Assembly (NCBI RefSeq): GCF_006345805.1
Contig: NC_043007.1
Coordinates: forward strand, 35,402,001-35,466,000
Origin: Octopus sinensis
Lineage: Eukaryota
Reading direction: 5' to 3'
DNA length: 64,000 nt
Position 1 is the first letter of the stretch. Each line of letters begins with the position of its first letter. The notes under the pieces are model-generated. The model made no database searches, was not told the DNA's origin, and saw only the letters and a list, made by a program, of their open reading frames with translations. Made by a program: the position numbers and the translations under genes. Positions 37,820 to 50,426 of the stretch are shown one piece after another.

Positions 37820-39100
37820 CCAGCTGAGATACCCGGCGTTGCTCGGGATAAAAAAAGGCATATATATATTTATTACAGTTATGTCGAAACAAGTCATATG
37901 GGAAAGTGCAGCATTGACAACAAAACATTTGTGGAGTAAATGATGGGCTAATTTGACTAAGCGACATGTTATGCATCTGTTTGGAGTTTTCCAGGCCCTA
38001 ACCTGTCATAGAAAATTGGGGGTGGGGGTTAGGTGACTTCTGAACGCACCAAAAAGCTGTCAGTGGATATACTCTCCTTTGCTGCAGTCAGCAATGCATC
38101 TAACATGACCTATCGTCTGAAGTTTTATCACCTCCTTCGGGTTTGTTGTCCTACATCACTCATAAAGTAAATTTGGAGGCACTGTGATTGTTCATTTGTG
38201 GGTAACAGGGAACCAATGAGGTGATAGACTCGCCTTGATTTTGAAGTCGGCGTAAATTCATGTTTAACAATCTTAGATGCAGTAAGCGATGTCATTTGAA
38301 ATGCAGAGTTGCATTGTCTGATATTCAGAAAAAAACCCTTTGACTGGATGGAAGTACCTTGTAGAAGATCCATAAGAGGTTGAAGAGGAGTGGTAGCGTT
38401 GGGAATCTTACCTGATCGCCTGAGCAGCACATGCCATTTGTTTCATTTGAAAGTTTTAAAGACCTACAGAAACGGTGACCTGACAGAAACGTTAAGCACG
38501 CCGGGTTAAATGCTTAGCGGTATTTCGTCTGCCGTTTCGTTCTGAGTTCAAATTTCACCGAGGTCAACTTTCATCCTTTCGGGGTCGATAAATTAAGTAC
38601 CAGTTACGCACTGGGGTCGATATAATCGACTTAATCCGTTTGTGTGTCCTTGTTTGTCTTCTCTATGTTTAGCCCCCTGTGGGCAATAAAGAAATAAGAA
38701 ACGACAATTTGTGTTTAGCAAATCAATTTCGACAGAGTTATCATTTTTATAAGAATGGGATGGATCATATCTGAAAACAGTTCCAGGAGTCGTGAAAAAC
38801 GAATTTGTACGTGGTCTATTTCTGAGAGCTATTCTATTGGACCTCTGTCTAATCATTAAAACATTGATTTAATGATTCAGCATTATGTGCTGCAACATGC
38901 TTTTGCTGATCTTGGGAAAGTGTCATCTCCATTCTCTCTCGAGACTCCGTCTGACGTGTTGCAGCATGCCTTTTACTGATTTTGAGAAAGTCTCATATTG
39001 ATTCTCTCTTCAGACTCCATTTGACGTGCTGCAGCATGCTTTTGTTGACCTTGGGAAAGTCTTATCTCCCTGAAGGAGCTGTTTACGCGTCATTTCGATG
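37820..39100 (-). mobile_element. Internally deleted Helitron with RepHel N-terminal coding remnant
   Basis: 3' hairpin plus CTGG|T end. ORF 38128-38430 FFLNIRQCNSAFQMTS...VYHLIGSLLP...LQIYF, and RLSQ..Q.HAA-type N-terminal repeats at 38880-39065. Confidence 0.8.
38470..38700 (+). mobile_element. SINE family 2 monomer
   Basis: Head to tail ...GGGCAATAAAGAAATA, nested in the Helitron. Confidence 0.85.
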
Positions 39101-40224
39101 TCATGTTAATTGAAGTGGTAATATGAAACTGTAAATGTAAATAGCTTGCAACATTGCAACCGGTGCGATAATTATGAACTGGTCATCGAGTGGTAAATGT
39201 GTAAATTCGAATTAAAAGTGAAGCAAACAAAGTGAAACATTGTTCTGAACCGATTAGGCTGGTATTTCTAGTACGTCCTGCTACCACTGAACAGGTATTT
39301 GCGATAAAGGACATGCCGTTATCGCAAATAGCTGTTACATGGTAGCAGTGCATGTTAGAAATAGCAGCCAAATTTTCCATTTTCTGTAGAAAGGAGCCGT
39401 TTATGTGGTGCGAGACCTCGGACATTCGGGTGAAAATCCGAGGTCCACCACGACAACCCTCCCTTCGTTTCTGAAAAAAAAAAAAAATAGGTGATTGGTG
39501 GCATATTATGAGTTCAGGGTACTTCCATATAAACAATCCCTTTTTTACCTTAGTGAAACGCGTGCGGGTGCATTTATCAAAATTTATCCAATTTACGAAT
39601 GAAAAAGGTTACGTACTGAATTACTATGTAACGGCGTTGTCATCAATTATAATGGTTGTTGAAATGAATCGATATAAATAACTCCATAAAATTAGACGAG
39701 TGGAGTTAGATTCTGTCCAGTTGGGCAGAAGTTGTTGAATGTGGAACAACCGTACACCATACAGGGTGTTCGGGAATGAACGATGGAAGCACTATATTAA
39801 ATGTTAATGTAAGGGTTAATATCTCGGTTTGTTTTTGCAAACTCTAGATAACCTGAAACGGTTATAGATGAAGCGGAAACGCATCAATCAAACGTGGCAA
39901 AACCATGCGTTAAATGTAACGAAGTGTCAACTTGCATTGTTCAATGATAGAACGATGAAGTTATTTACTTGGAGGAAAATTTGTGAATGTTTCGAATCAC
40001 AAATAATGAATGTTAATTTAAGAACGACATGCTGTTATCGCAAATAGCTGTTACGTGGTAGCAAGGCATGTTAGAAATAGCAGCCAAATATTTCATTTTC
40101 TGGGGAAAGGAGCCGTTTACGCGTCATTTCAATGTCATGTTAATTTAAGCGTTAATATGAAACAGTAAATGTGCAATAAGAATGAAACATTGTTGTGAAC
40201 CTGAAGAATAAAAGTGAAACATAC

Positions 40225-40632
40225 AGGCGCAGGAGTGGCTGTGTGGTAAGTAGCTTGCTAACCAACCACATGGTTCCGGGTTCAGTCCCACTGCGTGGCA
40301 CCTTGGGCAAGTGTCTTCTGCTATAGCCTCGGGCCGACCAAAGCCTTGTGAGTGGATTTGGTAGACGGAAACTGAAAGAAGCCCGTCGTATATATGTATT
40401 TATATATGTGTGTGTGTGTGTGTATGTTTGTGTGTCTGTTTGTCCCCCTAGCATTGCTTGACAACCGATGCTGGTGTGTTTACGTCCCCGTCACTTAGCG
40501 GTTCGGCAAAAGAGACCGATAGAATAAGTACTGGGCTTACAAAAGAATAAGTCCCGGGGTCGATTTGCTCGACTAAAGGCGGTGCTCCAGCATGGCCGCA
40601 GTCAAATGACTGAAACAAGTAAAGAGAAAGAG
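40225..40632 (+). mobile_element. SINE family 1, full young dimer
   Basis: Near-identical to 7919-8310. Confidence 0.9.
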
Positions 40633-40939
40633 AAATATGTGTTATTCTTTCACTTTTGATACGTAATAGCGAACCGGTGTAAAAAATTGGTCCGGGCCGC
40701 ATTAGGCAAGAAGTTGAAAACTTTTTTGGCTCATGACACCCCATGGACCGTATGTAATGCATGTGTAAAATTTGAGAGTTTGCGGACTAAACAGTAAACT
40801 AACCAGGATTTCATCACGATCTGACCATTTTTCAATCTTTTTTCAAAGTACTTGTTGAGAAACTTCGATTTTGTTGTTTGTGAATCTTGTTGGATTCAGT
40901 ATATACTTAAAAAAAAAAATTGATGTCATGCATTAAACA

Positions 40940-42402
40940 GTTTTGTATGTAATCATTATCAATTGTTACAGGCTAGTTTGCCAGGTCACTGTATTCTTCG
41001 AAATCACTAAACTTGCTTCCTGTTTCCTATTTCTGCTCTCTGTGATCATCATCTGCACCAACAGTGTCAAAAGTAGGCTGATTATTGCTAAACAGAGCAC
41101 TCATTGTTTGTTATTTTTTTTACTACCCACAAGGGGCCAAACACAGAGGGGACAAACAAGGACAGACAAGGGACTAAGTCGATTATATCTACCCCACTGC
41201 GCCACTGGTACTTATTTAATCGACCCCGAAAGGATGAAAGGCAAAGTCGACCTCGGCGGAATTTGAACTCAGAACGTAACGGCAGACGAAATACCCACAA
41301 GGGGCTAAACACAGAGAGGACAAACAAGGGACTAAGTCGATTATATCGACCCCAGTGCGTAACTGGTACTTAATTTATCGACCCCAAAAAGATGAAAAGC
41401 AAAGTCGACCTCGCCGGAATTTGAACTCAGAACGTAACGGCAGACGAAATATCCATAAGGGGCTAAACACAGAGAGGACAAACAAGGGACTAAGTCGATT
41501 ATATCGACCCCAGTGCGTAACTGGTACTTAATTTATCGACCCCGAAAGGATGAAAGGCAAAGTCGACCTCGGCGGAATTTGAACTCAGAACGTAGCGGCA
41601 GGCGAAATACCGCTAAGCATTTCTGCCAGCTCACCGCCTTTATGAGAGCACTCCTGGTTTGTGCACTATCATTGACTTCATTGGTGCTTGCATGCATTGT
41701 TTCGGTTACAAGTGAAAACAAACTTTTACTTGACATTGTAAAATAGTTTGATAGGTTTTGACATTTAGAAATTTCCTTAGATTGCTTTTCCTTGAGCTAA
41801 CGTTTCTGGTATCCGCTTAAGTACTTTCTTGAAGACGTTGCTATTCTTCTTGCGGCCTAGACTTCTGGGGAAAAAATTGGGTAATATTTTCATTAGCCAC
41901 AGCAAGACAGAGATCGATCAAGATAAGGGTCTACAACTTAATATATAGTCATAAATGAAGAATTGTTCATTTTGTATAAGGTGATATCCAAACAATTTTT
42001 AAAGTAGAAAAAATGCTTTGTTACTGAACAGATTGTAAGTTCCAAACTAGGAGGCAAACCCTTTCATTGTTCATTAAATAATGGTGTCCCGCTGAGAAAA
42101 TAAGAATTCTTATCTCTACCGTGCTAATGTAGTAGTAGACATATTTGACGATGGGAGAGGCTGGGCTGAAGTTTGCAAAATAATACAAAAAAAGTGAATT
42201 ATCTGCAGGTCAATTGTACTTTTATTTTTTATACGACTCCATACCGGCAGAAACTAAAGTGGAACTGCTTGTAAGCTAGGCAAAATACAAAATTTATAAA
42301 ATTGACAGAATGAAAAAAATTAAATTGTTTCAGAGAGGCCCCCTCCGGGATTAAGGGCCCTAAAACTTAAGCTTCATTAGTTTTATAGTAGATCCGCCAC
42401 TG
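40940..42402 (-). mobile_element. Possible hAT transposon 5' remnant
   Basis: CAGTGGCGGATCTA end at 42389-42402 and LSGYQKR*LKEKQSKEISKCQNLSNYF, resembling ZMYM1/hAT N-termini. The other end was not found. Confidence 0.4.
41112..41640 (-). mobile_element. SINE family 2 trimeric concatemer
   Basis: Three body and tail units with one head. Confidence 0.9.
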
Positions 42403-42960
42403 CTTGTATTAAAAAAAAGTGTCAACCTGTTTAACAAGACAGATTCTATTTTCGTTTCAAAAAGGGAATAAATACCGTCTAGCCAGCAATACTTTCTAAA
42501 TATAAATGAGAATATACGTATATACACACAGTTTATATGTGAACCTGTATGTGTGCGTATGTGTCTATGTACGTGTGCGTGTGTGTGTGTGTCTGTGTGT
42601 GTATATCTATGTATGCGTGCGGTATGTGCACGAATGTGTATGTTTGTATGTGTATATATGTATCTGCGTATATGAGGGCACTTGTATCTGTGGTGCATCC
42701 TCAGTGCATTTGCCTGTATGCAAGTATATATGTATCTGTCTATATATATATATAAAGTGTGGTGCTGAGATTGCCTAGCGGAAGCGGCTAGAAGTAGTTT
42801 CTCCTTGAGCGGGTAGGTAATAAAATTTGTTTTCTCCTAGAGTTTTGTTGACTCTTTATTCAACTATTTTCTCCTTTGCGTTCGGGTCTCCTTAGCAGTT
42901 AATATTCTTTTTTATATCTTTAAACTCACTTTAAGGTAACCTTAATTTTACACACACACA

Positions 42961-43005
<45 letters not shown>

Positions 43006-43185
43006 CCTCTCTCTTTCTCTCTTTCTCCCTCTCTCTTTCTCTCTCTCTCTTTCTCTCCTTCTCTCTTTCTCTCCTTCTCTCTTTCTCTCTCTCTCTCACA
43101 CACACACGCACGCTGACATACACATACACACAATGATAACTGCTTTATTTTCTCTTCTAGTTTCTGCTATACCACAACTGGCTCC

Positions 43186-43232
<47 letters not shown>

Positions 43233-43237
43233 ATCTG

Positions 43238-43324
<87 letters not shown>

Positions 43325-43360
43325 GTCTATCTATCTATCTATCTATCTGTCTATCTATCT
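43186..43360. repeat. (ATCT)n/(GATA)n microsatellite, left flank of Tx1-A
   Basis: Directly visible. The tract resumes at 46646-46693. Confidence 0.95.
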
Positions 43361-46300
43361 AATGCGCCAACGTGGACATGGAGCAACCGCATCGGGTCGT
43401 CGAGATCGTATCTAGATAGGATACTGTGTAGGACAGTAGATAGAGATAGCATAGGATGTCCACAATTCCACATAGTCAGCTACACGGATCACAAACTTGT
43501 GACATGTACGCTAGACTTAGGTAAGACACTTAGGCAGGGTCCGGATACTGGAAACTAAACGCGTCTTTCCCATCGAGACAAGTTTTCAGAGACCGGATTA
43601 GCACACTAGTAAAGAGGGCTTTGACGGGAGCCATCATCAACAACAAATGGTGGTTTGCCCTCAAGAGAGCGTAAAAAGCAGAAGCGATTAGGTACAGCAA
43701 AGCACTAGCCATAGATAGAAATAGAGTAGAGGGTGAGCTAGTTAAGAAGCTAGAAGAGGCAATTAGAAGCGGCATCGCATCCGACGTTTTGGCGGCGAGG
43801 TTGGCCCTCGACCAACACTTCAACGCCAAACACGAAGGATGTGCTGTCAGAGCTAGGATGCGTGCTCTAAGGAACGAAGGTGTTGGAGCCGCGAGAGAGG
43901 CCGGGTGGCAGAGGCGCAACAGGGCAACAAAGCCACCATTCGGTCACTGGTAGATGAACAGGGGCGCGAATTGCTCGCCAAGCCAAGTAAAATGTGTGAG
44001 GCCTTTCAGCAGCATTTTGCCCGACTGTTCGGAACGAGTGGAGGGCAAGAACGTAGTAGAGTGGACTTCAGTGCCTACCTACATAGCCTACCACGACTCT
44101 CGACAAGAAAGGCAGGGTGCTGCGAAGGTGCCATCACGGCGGCGGAAGTGCGGGAAGCGATGGCAGAATGCTCGAGGGACAAATCACCGGGTTTGGATGG
44201 TCTACCCTACGAGCTTTACAATTGTATGCCAGACTTGTTTGGAGATCTCTTGGCGGCGGTGTACTGCAACTGGCAGCAAAACGGGAGCATTCCTGGTTTT
44301 GTGAGCCGAGGAGCCGTAACACTGCTGAAGAAAGATCTAAACAAGGGAAATGTAATAGATAACTTTAGGCCCATCACTCTGCTTAATGCAGACTTGAAAA
44401 TTTTGGCCAAGGTGCTAGCCAAGAGGTTGGCGCTTGTCATCGAGAAACTGGTCGACAGGCGCCAAACATGCGCCGTGCCAGGCCGGACGATCCATGACAA
44501 CCTCCATCTGTGCGCTACTACATCATAGACAGGGTAGTTAACGAACCTGGCATGGGTGGGGCCCCTGATCAACTTGGATCAATCGAAAGCCTTTGATAGG
44601 GTAGACCATCGATACTTGGAGGCAGTCCTGAGAGCGGCTGGTTCGGTCCCGTCTTCCGCGGCTGGATAGCTGCCTTGTACAGAGGCATCCGTTCGGTAAT
44701 TCGCGTAAATGGACATCTATCGAGACCTTTCGACATTGCACGTTCGGTCCGTCAGGGATGCCCCCTCTCGGCGCTTCTTACGTATTGACTCTTGAGCCAC
44801 TACTGCGGAAGCTGGCGACTCTAAGGGGCATCCCGCGAGAATTGGGATGCGGGACGAGCGTGTCTGCATACGCGGACGACGTCACCGTCATAGTGTCTAG
44901 CCACGAGCACATCGAGCTGGTCGGCGAGACACTGAAAAACTACGAAGCGGTGACAGGAGCGAAAATCAACCGGGAAAAGTCAGTGGGCTTGCGACTAGGC
45001 ACCTGGAGAAGCAAGCCCATGCCGTCCACCAGCGCCTCCGTCGTGGGACGCTGGACCGACGGCCCGGTTGAGTTGCTCGGGGTCTGGTTCGGTCCGGACC
45101 TCCAAGTGGAGAAGAACTGGAACGAGATAACGAGTAGGGTGGTCACCCTCGCCCGGCAATGGGCCGAGAGGAAACTGTCCCTAAAAGGTCGAGCGGAGGT
45201 GGCGAACACGTACATCGCGTCCGTCATCTACTACCGCCTGACCGTCGTACCTTGTCCCGACCCTACCATCACCAAACTACAACGCATCCTCTTTCGCTTC
45301 TTGTGGAAAGGATGCGTCCCGATGGTCAGGCGATCCATTTGCTGTCAACACCCGTTAAAAGGAGGGCTGGCATGCCGTGGTTGATGATGCGCAGACACGC
45401 GCTGAGACTGCGACATCTCTGGCTCTATGTAGACGACGGTGAACAGGTGTGGTCGCCGTTTGTGAGGCACGCTTTCCCGCAGCTCGTCTCCATGACCGAA
45501 CTGCAGTCGTGGATCAAAAGAGGCCGAGGAAGGGCGAATGGCACCGCGAGTGTCGCGTTGCTCTCAAGCAACTCTGCCGTCCTGGGTCGACCTTAAGTGA
45601 CTTCAACACAAACAAAGCATTCTATAGGGGTTTAGAGGGAGGGGAGGTACGACGACGAGCTCGGGGCGAACCTGGACGTCGACGAGGAGTACCTGACCCG
45701 CCTGTTCGGACGACTTTCGGGCCAGGGCCCATGGACAACTTCCAGAGATCCCTGGCCTGGCAGTGCTACCGAGAAGCGCTACCCGTTCGGGATAAGCTCT
45801 AGACACGGCTCGAGAAACACGGGGCCGACCTGCCCGAGATGCGGTCAGAGCGACGAAACCGTTCTGCACGCACTCGTTCAGTGTCCAACAATTTCCGACC
45901 TGTGGGCTTATGTCGAACAACTGCTGTCACGTGTGGGACGAGTCGGTTTATCAGCTGAGTCTATCGTCAATATTGTCACGCCTCCTTCCTTCAAACGGGA
46001 AGGAAGAGCTATTTTCATCATCCTTGTGGCTATGGCGAAAGAATGTATCTGGTGGACGCGTCTGAAAGGATTGGAGACAAACACTTTCCTCTCTGGTCAA
46101 TCTCTCATCAACTTCTTCAAGTACCACTTGAAAGGAAAGTGAGAGTAGAGAGGCAAGTTTTGTCTAGCGAATGTTTTAAAAAAAGATGGGTGAATGTAGC
46201 AGAATGGCACGTATGAATGACGAAGCCACCTTGAGCATAGTCATATGAACCCAGAAATCGAAAACAGAGAGTTGCTTATTTGCAAAAAAAAAAAAAAAAA

Positions 46301-46645
46301 AAAAAAAAGAAATATAAAATGTGACTTCATTGACCGAGGTTACCGTGGTCTTTTCCGTAGGCTTTTCTTTCCACGGGTAAACCTCACCTGTCCTCCCCTT
46401 TACACTTCATATTGACATTTCTGTGATAACGATCCCTATTGATCAATTTTTTTTTCCTCTTCCCCTTTTTTTTTTTTTTTTTAACCCCCCCTTCTTTTTG
46501 TCCTCTTTCTCTCCTTTTACGATCCCTTTTGATCGAAACTCCCCTTCCTTTTTTTTTTTTTTTTTTTTTTAAACCTTCAAAAGAAAAGCTCTACCTTGTA
46601 ATTTGTTCTATCTGTGTGCAGCCCTGTGTGGCTAATAAAGAAACA
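43361..46645 (+). mobile_element. Tx1-clade LINE (Tx1-A), 5'-truncated ORF2 pseudogene
   Basis: APE C-terminus (TWTWS...YLDRI...YTDHK), RT KSPGLDGLPYELY, FRPITLLNADLKILAK, QGCPLS, YADDV, C-terminal CPRC...ETVLH..VQC. 3' end ...CTAATAAAGAAACA with no poly(A). Confidence 0.93.
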
Positions 46646-46694
<49 letters not shown>

Positions 46695-47017
46695 GCGTGT
46701 GTGTATGTATGTGTGTGTTTACACGCGTGTGTGTATATGTGTGTGCGTTTGTATGTGAAAGTTTTTCTTCTTGTCTTTCAATGTTTTCGTCTTGTTTAGT
46801 TCTTCAAGCGCTATTTCTTTAAATCTAAATGTAAAATCTAAAAAAAAAGAAAAGAAAACAATAAAAAGACAGAAATTTATTGAAATTTTAATAAAATTTT
46901 TACCGTAAGTATAAATGATAAATCACGTGATGGAGCCACGATCGAACTGAAGTTTATTTGAAATTCAACGTCTCTGGCTGAATTGATAATTTCTTCTCCA
47001 ATTCATCATCGTCGTCG

Positions 47018-47117
47018 NNNNNNNNNNNNNNNNNNNNNNNNNNNNNNNNNNNNNNNNNNNNNNNNNNNNNNNNNNNNNNNNNNNNNNNNNNNNNNNNNNN
47101 NNNNNNNNNNNNNNNNN
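47018..47117. other. Assembly gap (100 N)
   Basis: Run of n. Confidence 1.
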
Positions 47118-47234
47118 TCACAGAAATGTTCAATATGAAGTGTAAAGGGGAGGACAGGTGAGGTTTACCCGTGGAAAGAAAAGCCTACGGAAAAGACCAC
47201 GGTAACCTCGGTCAATGAAGTCACATTTTATATT
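47118..47234 (-). mobile_element. Second Tx1-A 3' UTR fragment, 5' junction in (GATA)n
   Basis: Reverse complement of ~46311-46427, one indel. Followed on + by AGATAGATAG... at 47235-47260. Confidence 0.85.
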
Positions 47235-47569
47235 AGATAGATAGATAGATAGATAGATAGTGAGAGAGAGAGAGAGGGAGAGAGGGACAGACAGACAGAC
47301 AGTCAGAGAGAGCGGTGTTGGAGAGAGTGTCACAGAAGTACTTTCTACTTCTGTAAAGTCAAATAAAGAGAGATGAGGTACGATATGACATTGGTAATAA
47401 TTATTGTTTAGTAGAAATTGCTGATCGGATTTTTCAGATAACCATCTTGTTTTTATGCATTGTAAGGTAGGGTTATTGAATGTACGGATTCAAAAACCAT
47501 TTTCGATTCAGCTGAATACCGAGATGACTGTACATGCTCACACCGGTGGTGGGAAAACATATTCTTTTC

Positions 47570-47960
47570 TACTCTAGGCACAAGGCCCGAAATTTTAGAG
47601 GAGGAGTCCAGTCGATTAGATCGACTCAAGTACGCAACTGGTACTTAATTTATCGACGTCGAAAGGATGAAAGGCAAAGTCGAACTCGGCGGAATTTGAA
47701 CTCAGAACGTAGCGGCAGACGAAATACCTATTTCTTTACATCCCACAAGAGGCTAAATACAGAGAGGACAAACAAGGACAGACAGATGGATTAAGTCGAT
47801 TACATCGACCCCAGTGCGTAAGCAGGTACTTATTTAATCGACCCCGAAAGGGTGAAAGACAAAGTCGACCTCGGCGGAATTTGAACTCAGAACGTAGCGG
47901 TAGACGAAATACGGCCACGCATTTCGCCCGGCGTGCTAACGTTTCTGCCAGCTCGCCGCC
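47570..47960 (-). mobile_element. SINE family 2 dimer (two tail variants)
   Basis: GGCACAAGGCCCG-tail unit joined to a CCCACAAG-tail unit at GAAATACC|TATTTC. Confidence 0.88.
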
Positions 47961-48091
47961 TTGGTGTGAAAACATATTAGCTTGAGAAGGAACTTTACTG
48001 ATATTCAGTAAGGGAAATAACTCTATGTTCAACGATAAGCACCATCACATCACGAAACCCAGTTTTATACATACATGCATATGTTCATGCA

Positions 48092-49435
48092 GGTGACCGG
48101 ACAATTTGCCGTAAACAAATTCGCCGTAGGATAATCGGCCGTAGGACTATTCGCGGTAAGACAATTCGCCGTACGAATATTTCGCTGCAAGGACATTTTG
48201 CCGTAAAGCTTAGAAACTTGAAATTGCGTCGTTAATTAAATAAGGTAGATAGAGGAATAATATTTACAGCAGTCATTTTCGGTAATTGCTAAAATGAGAA
48301 TTTAAACGCAGAAAAGTCGTTTAATATTTATTTAAAAATAAACAATCTTATCTTGAAAATTCAAAAGCAAAGCGCTTGTTTTGAGAAGTTAACTCGACTG
48401 TTAACATTATTTATATCACTTTTCTTTAAAAGTTGAAACTTAAACCCTTACGGTGCCGTATACTATTAAAAGCAGCAGAGGTTGTGATAAGCTCGTAGGC
48501 GGCGCTAACTTTATTTATAGACAAGAAAGAAAATGAGATCATACAAAACTGAATAGTGAAGCGATTTCTATTTGTAAAATTGTAAGCGAGCATACACATC
48601 CATCGAATCCTAGTCAACCAAAAATGCAAGAAACAGCAGCAAATATGAAAGAAAATGTACTTAAATCCCAGTTAGCTTCAAGATCTTTGATTGGTGCTGC
48701 ATGTGGGTAATTAGAGGATGAAGGATGCTTTCTTATGCCATCAACTTCAAGTTTATCAAGAAATATTAGAAGATAGTTAAAAAAGGAAGAAAAAGTCCCT
48801 CCTATACCCAGATCAAGAATTGGCTACGTAATTCCCGAAGAATCTACGTGTCTACAGAACAGAGAAAGATTTTTACTCTAACATAGTGGGGTGAAAGACG
48901 AAAGTAGAATGTTGATTTTTGGTACGACTGTAGGGTTGCACAATCTAGAAATGCATAAGAATTGGGCATGCGATGGAACAGTTAAGGTTTGTCCTGAAAT
49001 TTATTATCAGTTATATACTTTACATGTCAACATAGGACATGCATGCATCCCACGAATTTACGGTCTTCTTTTGAATAAGACTCTTGACACATACAATAGG
49101 TTTTTTCAAAAGGTTAAAGATTTGCTCGAGACCCTAAGACCTGAAAATCTAATGACTGATTTTGAACAGGCTGGTTTTCTAAGTTTTTCTGGCAATTTTC
49201 ATCAGCAAATGTAACAGGCAGTTTTTTTTTTTTTCATTTCTGTAAAAATGGTTACAGAAAGGCGGTAGCTTGCTTACCAACCACATGGTTCAGGGTTCAG
49301 TCCCACTGCGTGGAACCTTGTGCAAATATCTTCTATTATAGCCTCGGGCCGCCCAAAGACTTGTGAGTGGATTTGGTAGACGGAAACTGAAAGAAGCCCG
49401 TCGTATATATATATATGTGTGTGTGTGTGAGTGTG

Positions 49436-49480
<45 letters not shown>

Positions 49481-50383
49481 TTGTGTGTCTGTGTCTAGAC
49501 ACCATCGATGTATTTATAGAGCTTATGGATGACAATGATTTGCCACAAGAACTTGAGGTATATTTTGAAACGCATTACATTGGTAGGGAGAGATGGAGGG
49601 GAGTTCGTAGACGTAGAGTTCTACCGACTTTTCCTATCGGTTTTTAGAATATATATGAAAGAACCCTATATTAGCTGACTAACACCAACAATGGAGTAGA
49701 AGGTTCCCATAATGCACTGCTGCTGCAAGCGTCTGTTACAAATACTCGTCCAAATTTAGGTAACTTATTAATGTCTTGAGAAATGAAGACTCTCTTTCTA
49801 AAAAGAAGGTAAACGATGCAGTAAAAGAAGAAACCACAACCAAGGAAAAAATACAAAGGTGTTTATAAGCGCATACTAAGCATTGTCAGAGGTTACGATC
49901 AAAATCAAAAACAACATTATTTGCATGCAATTGCAATGAACTTACATGGTTTTAGCTTTTTAGTTTTTTAAATAAAGTGTATAACCTTCATTATTTTAAT
50001 TTTAATTTTTTATCCTTTTCCTCTTATGCTTTATTATAAAATGTCCTAGATCCATTCATGCATACACACACATACATACACATACATACACACACACATA
50101 CACACATATATACATATACGTAAATACATACACACACACACACACACACGTGTTCTATGTCCTGTACTCTATTTTTTCGTTGTTTAAGAAAAATGTCCAT
50201 TTCCTTGGTTTTGTGTTTATGTTTTCGTTTCTCATTGTGTTCGACGTTTTTTGGGTGTCCTGTACCCATATATGCATGTATATATACATGTAGATGTAGG
50301 TACGTACATATATGTATGTATATATGCATATTTTTTATTTATTAATTTGTATATATATATATATGTGTGTGTGTGTGAGTGTG

Positions 50384-50426
<43 letters not shown>

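Noticed and set aside
41642-41746. Signal-peptide-like ORF MRALLVCALSLTSLVLAC...
   Set aside because: The ATG lies at a SINE insertion junction, the ORF is short, and the opposite strand resembles a hAT remnant.
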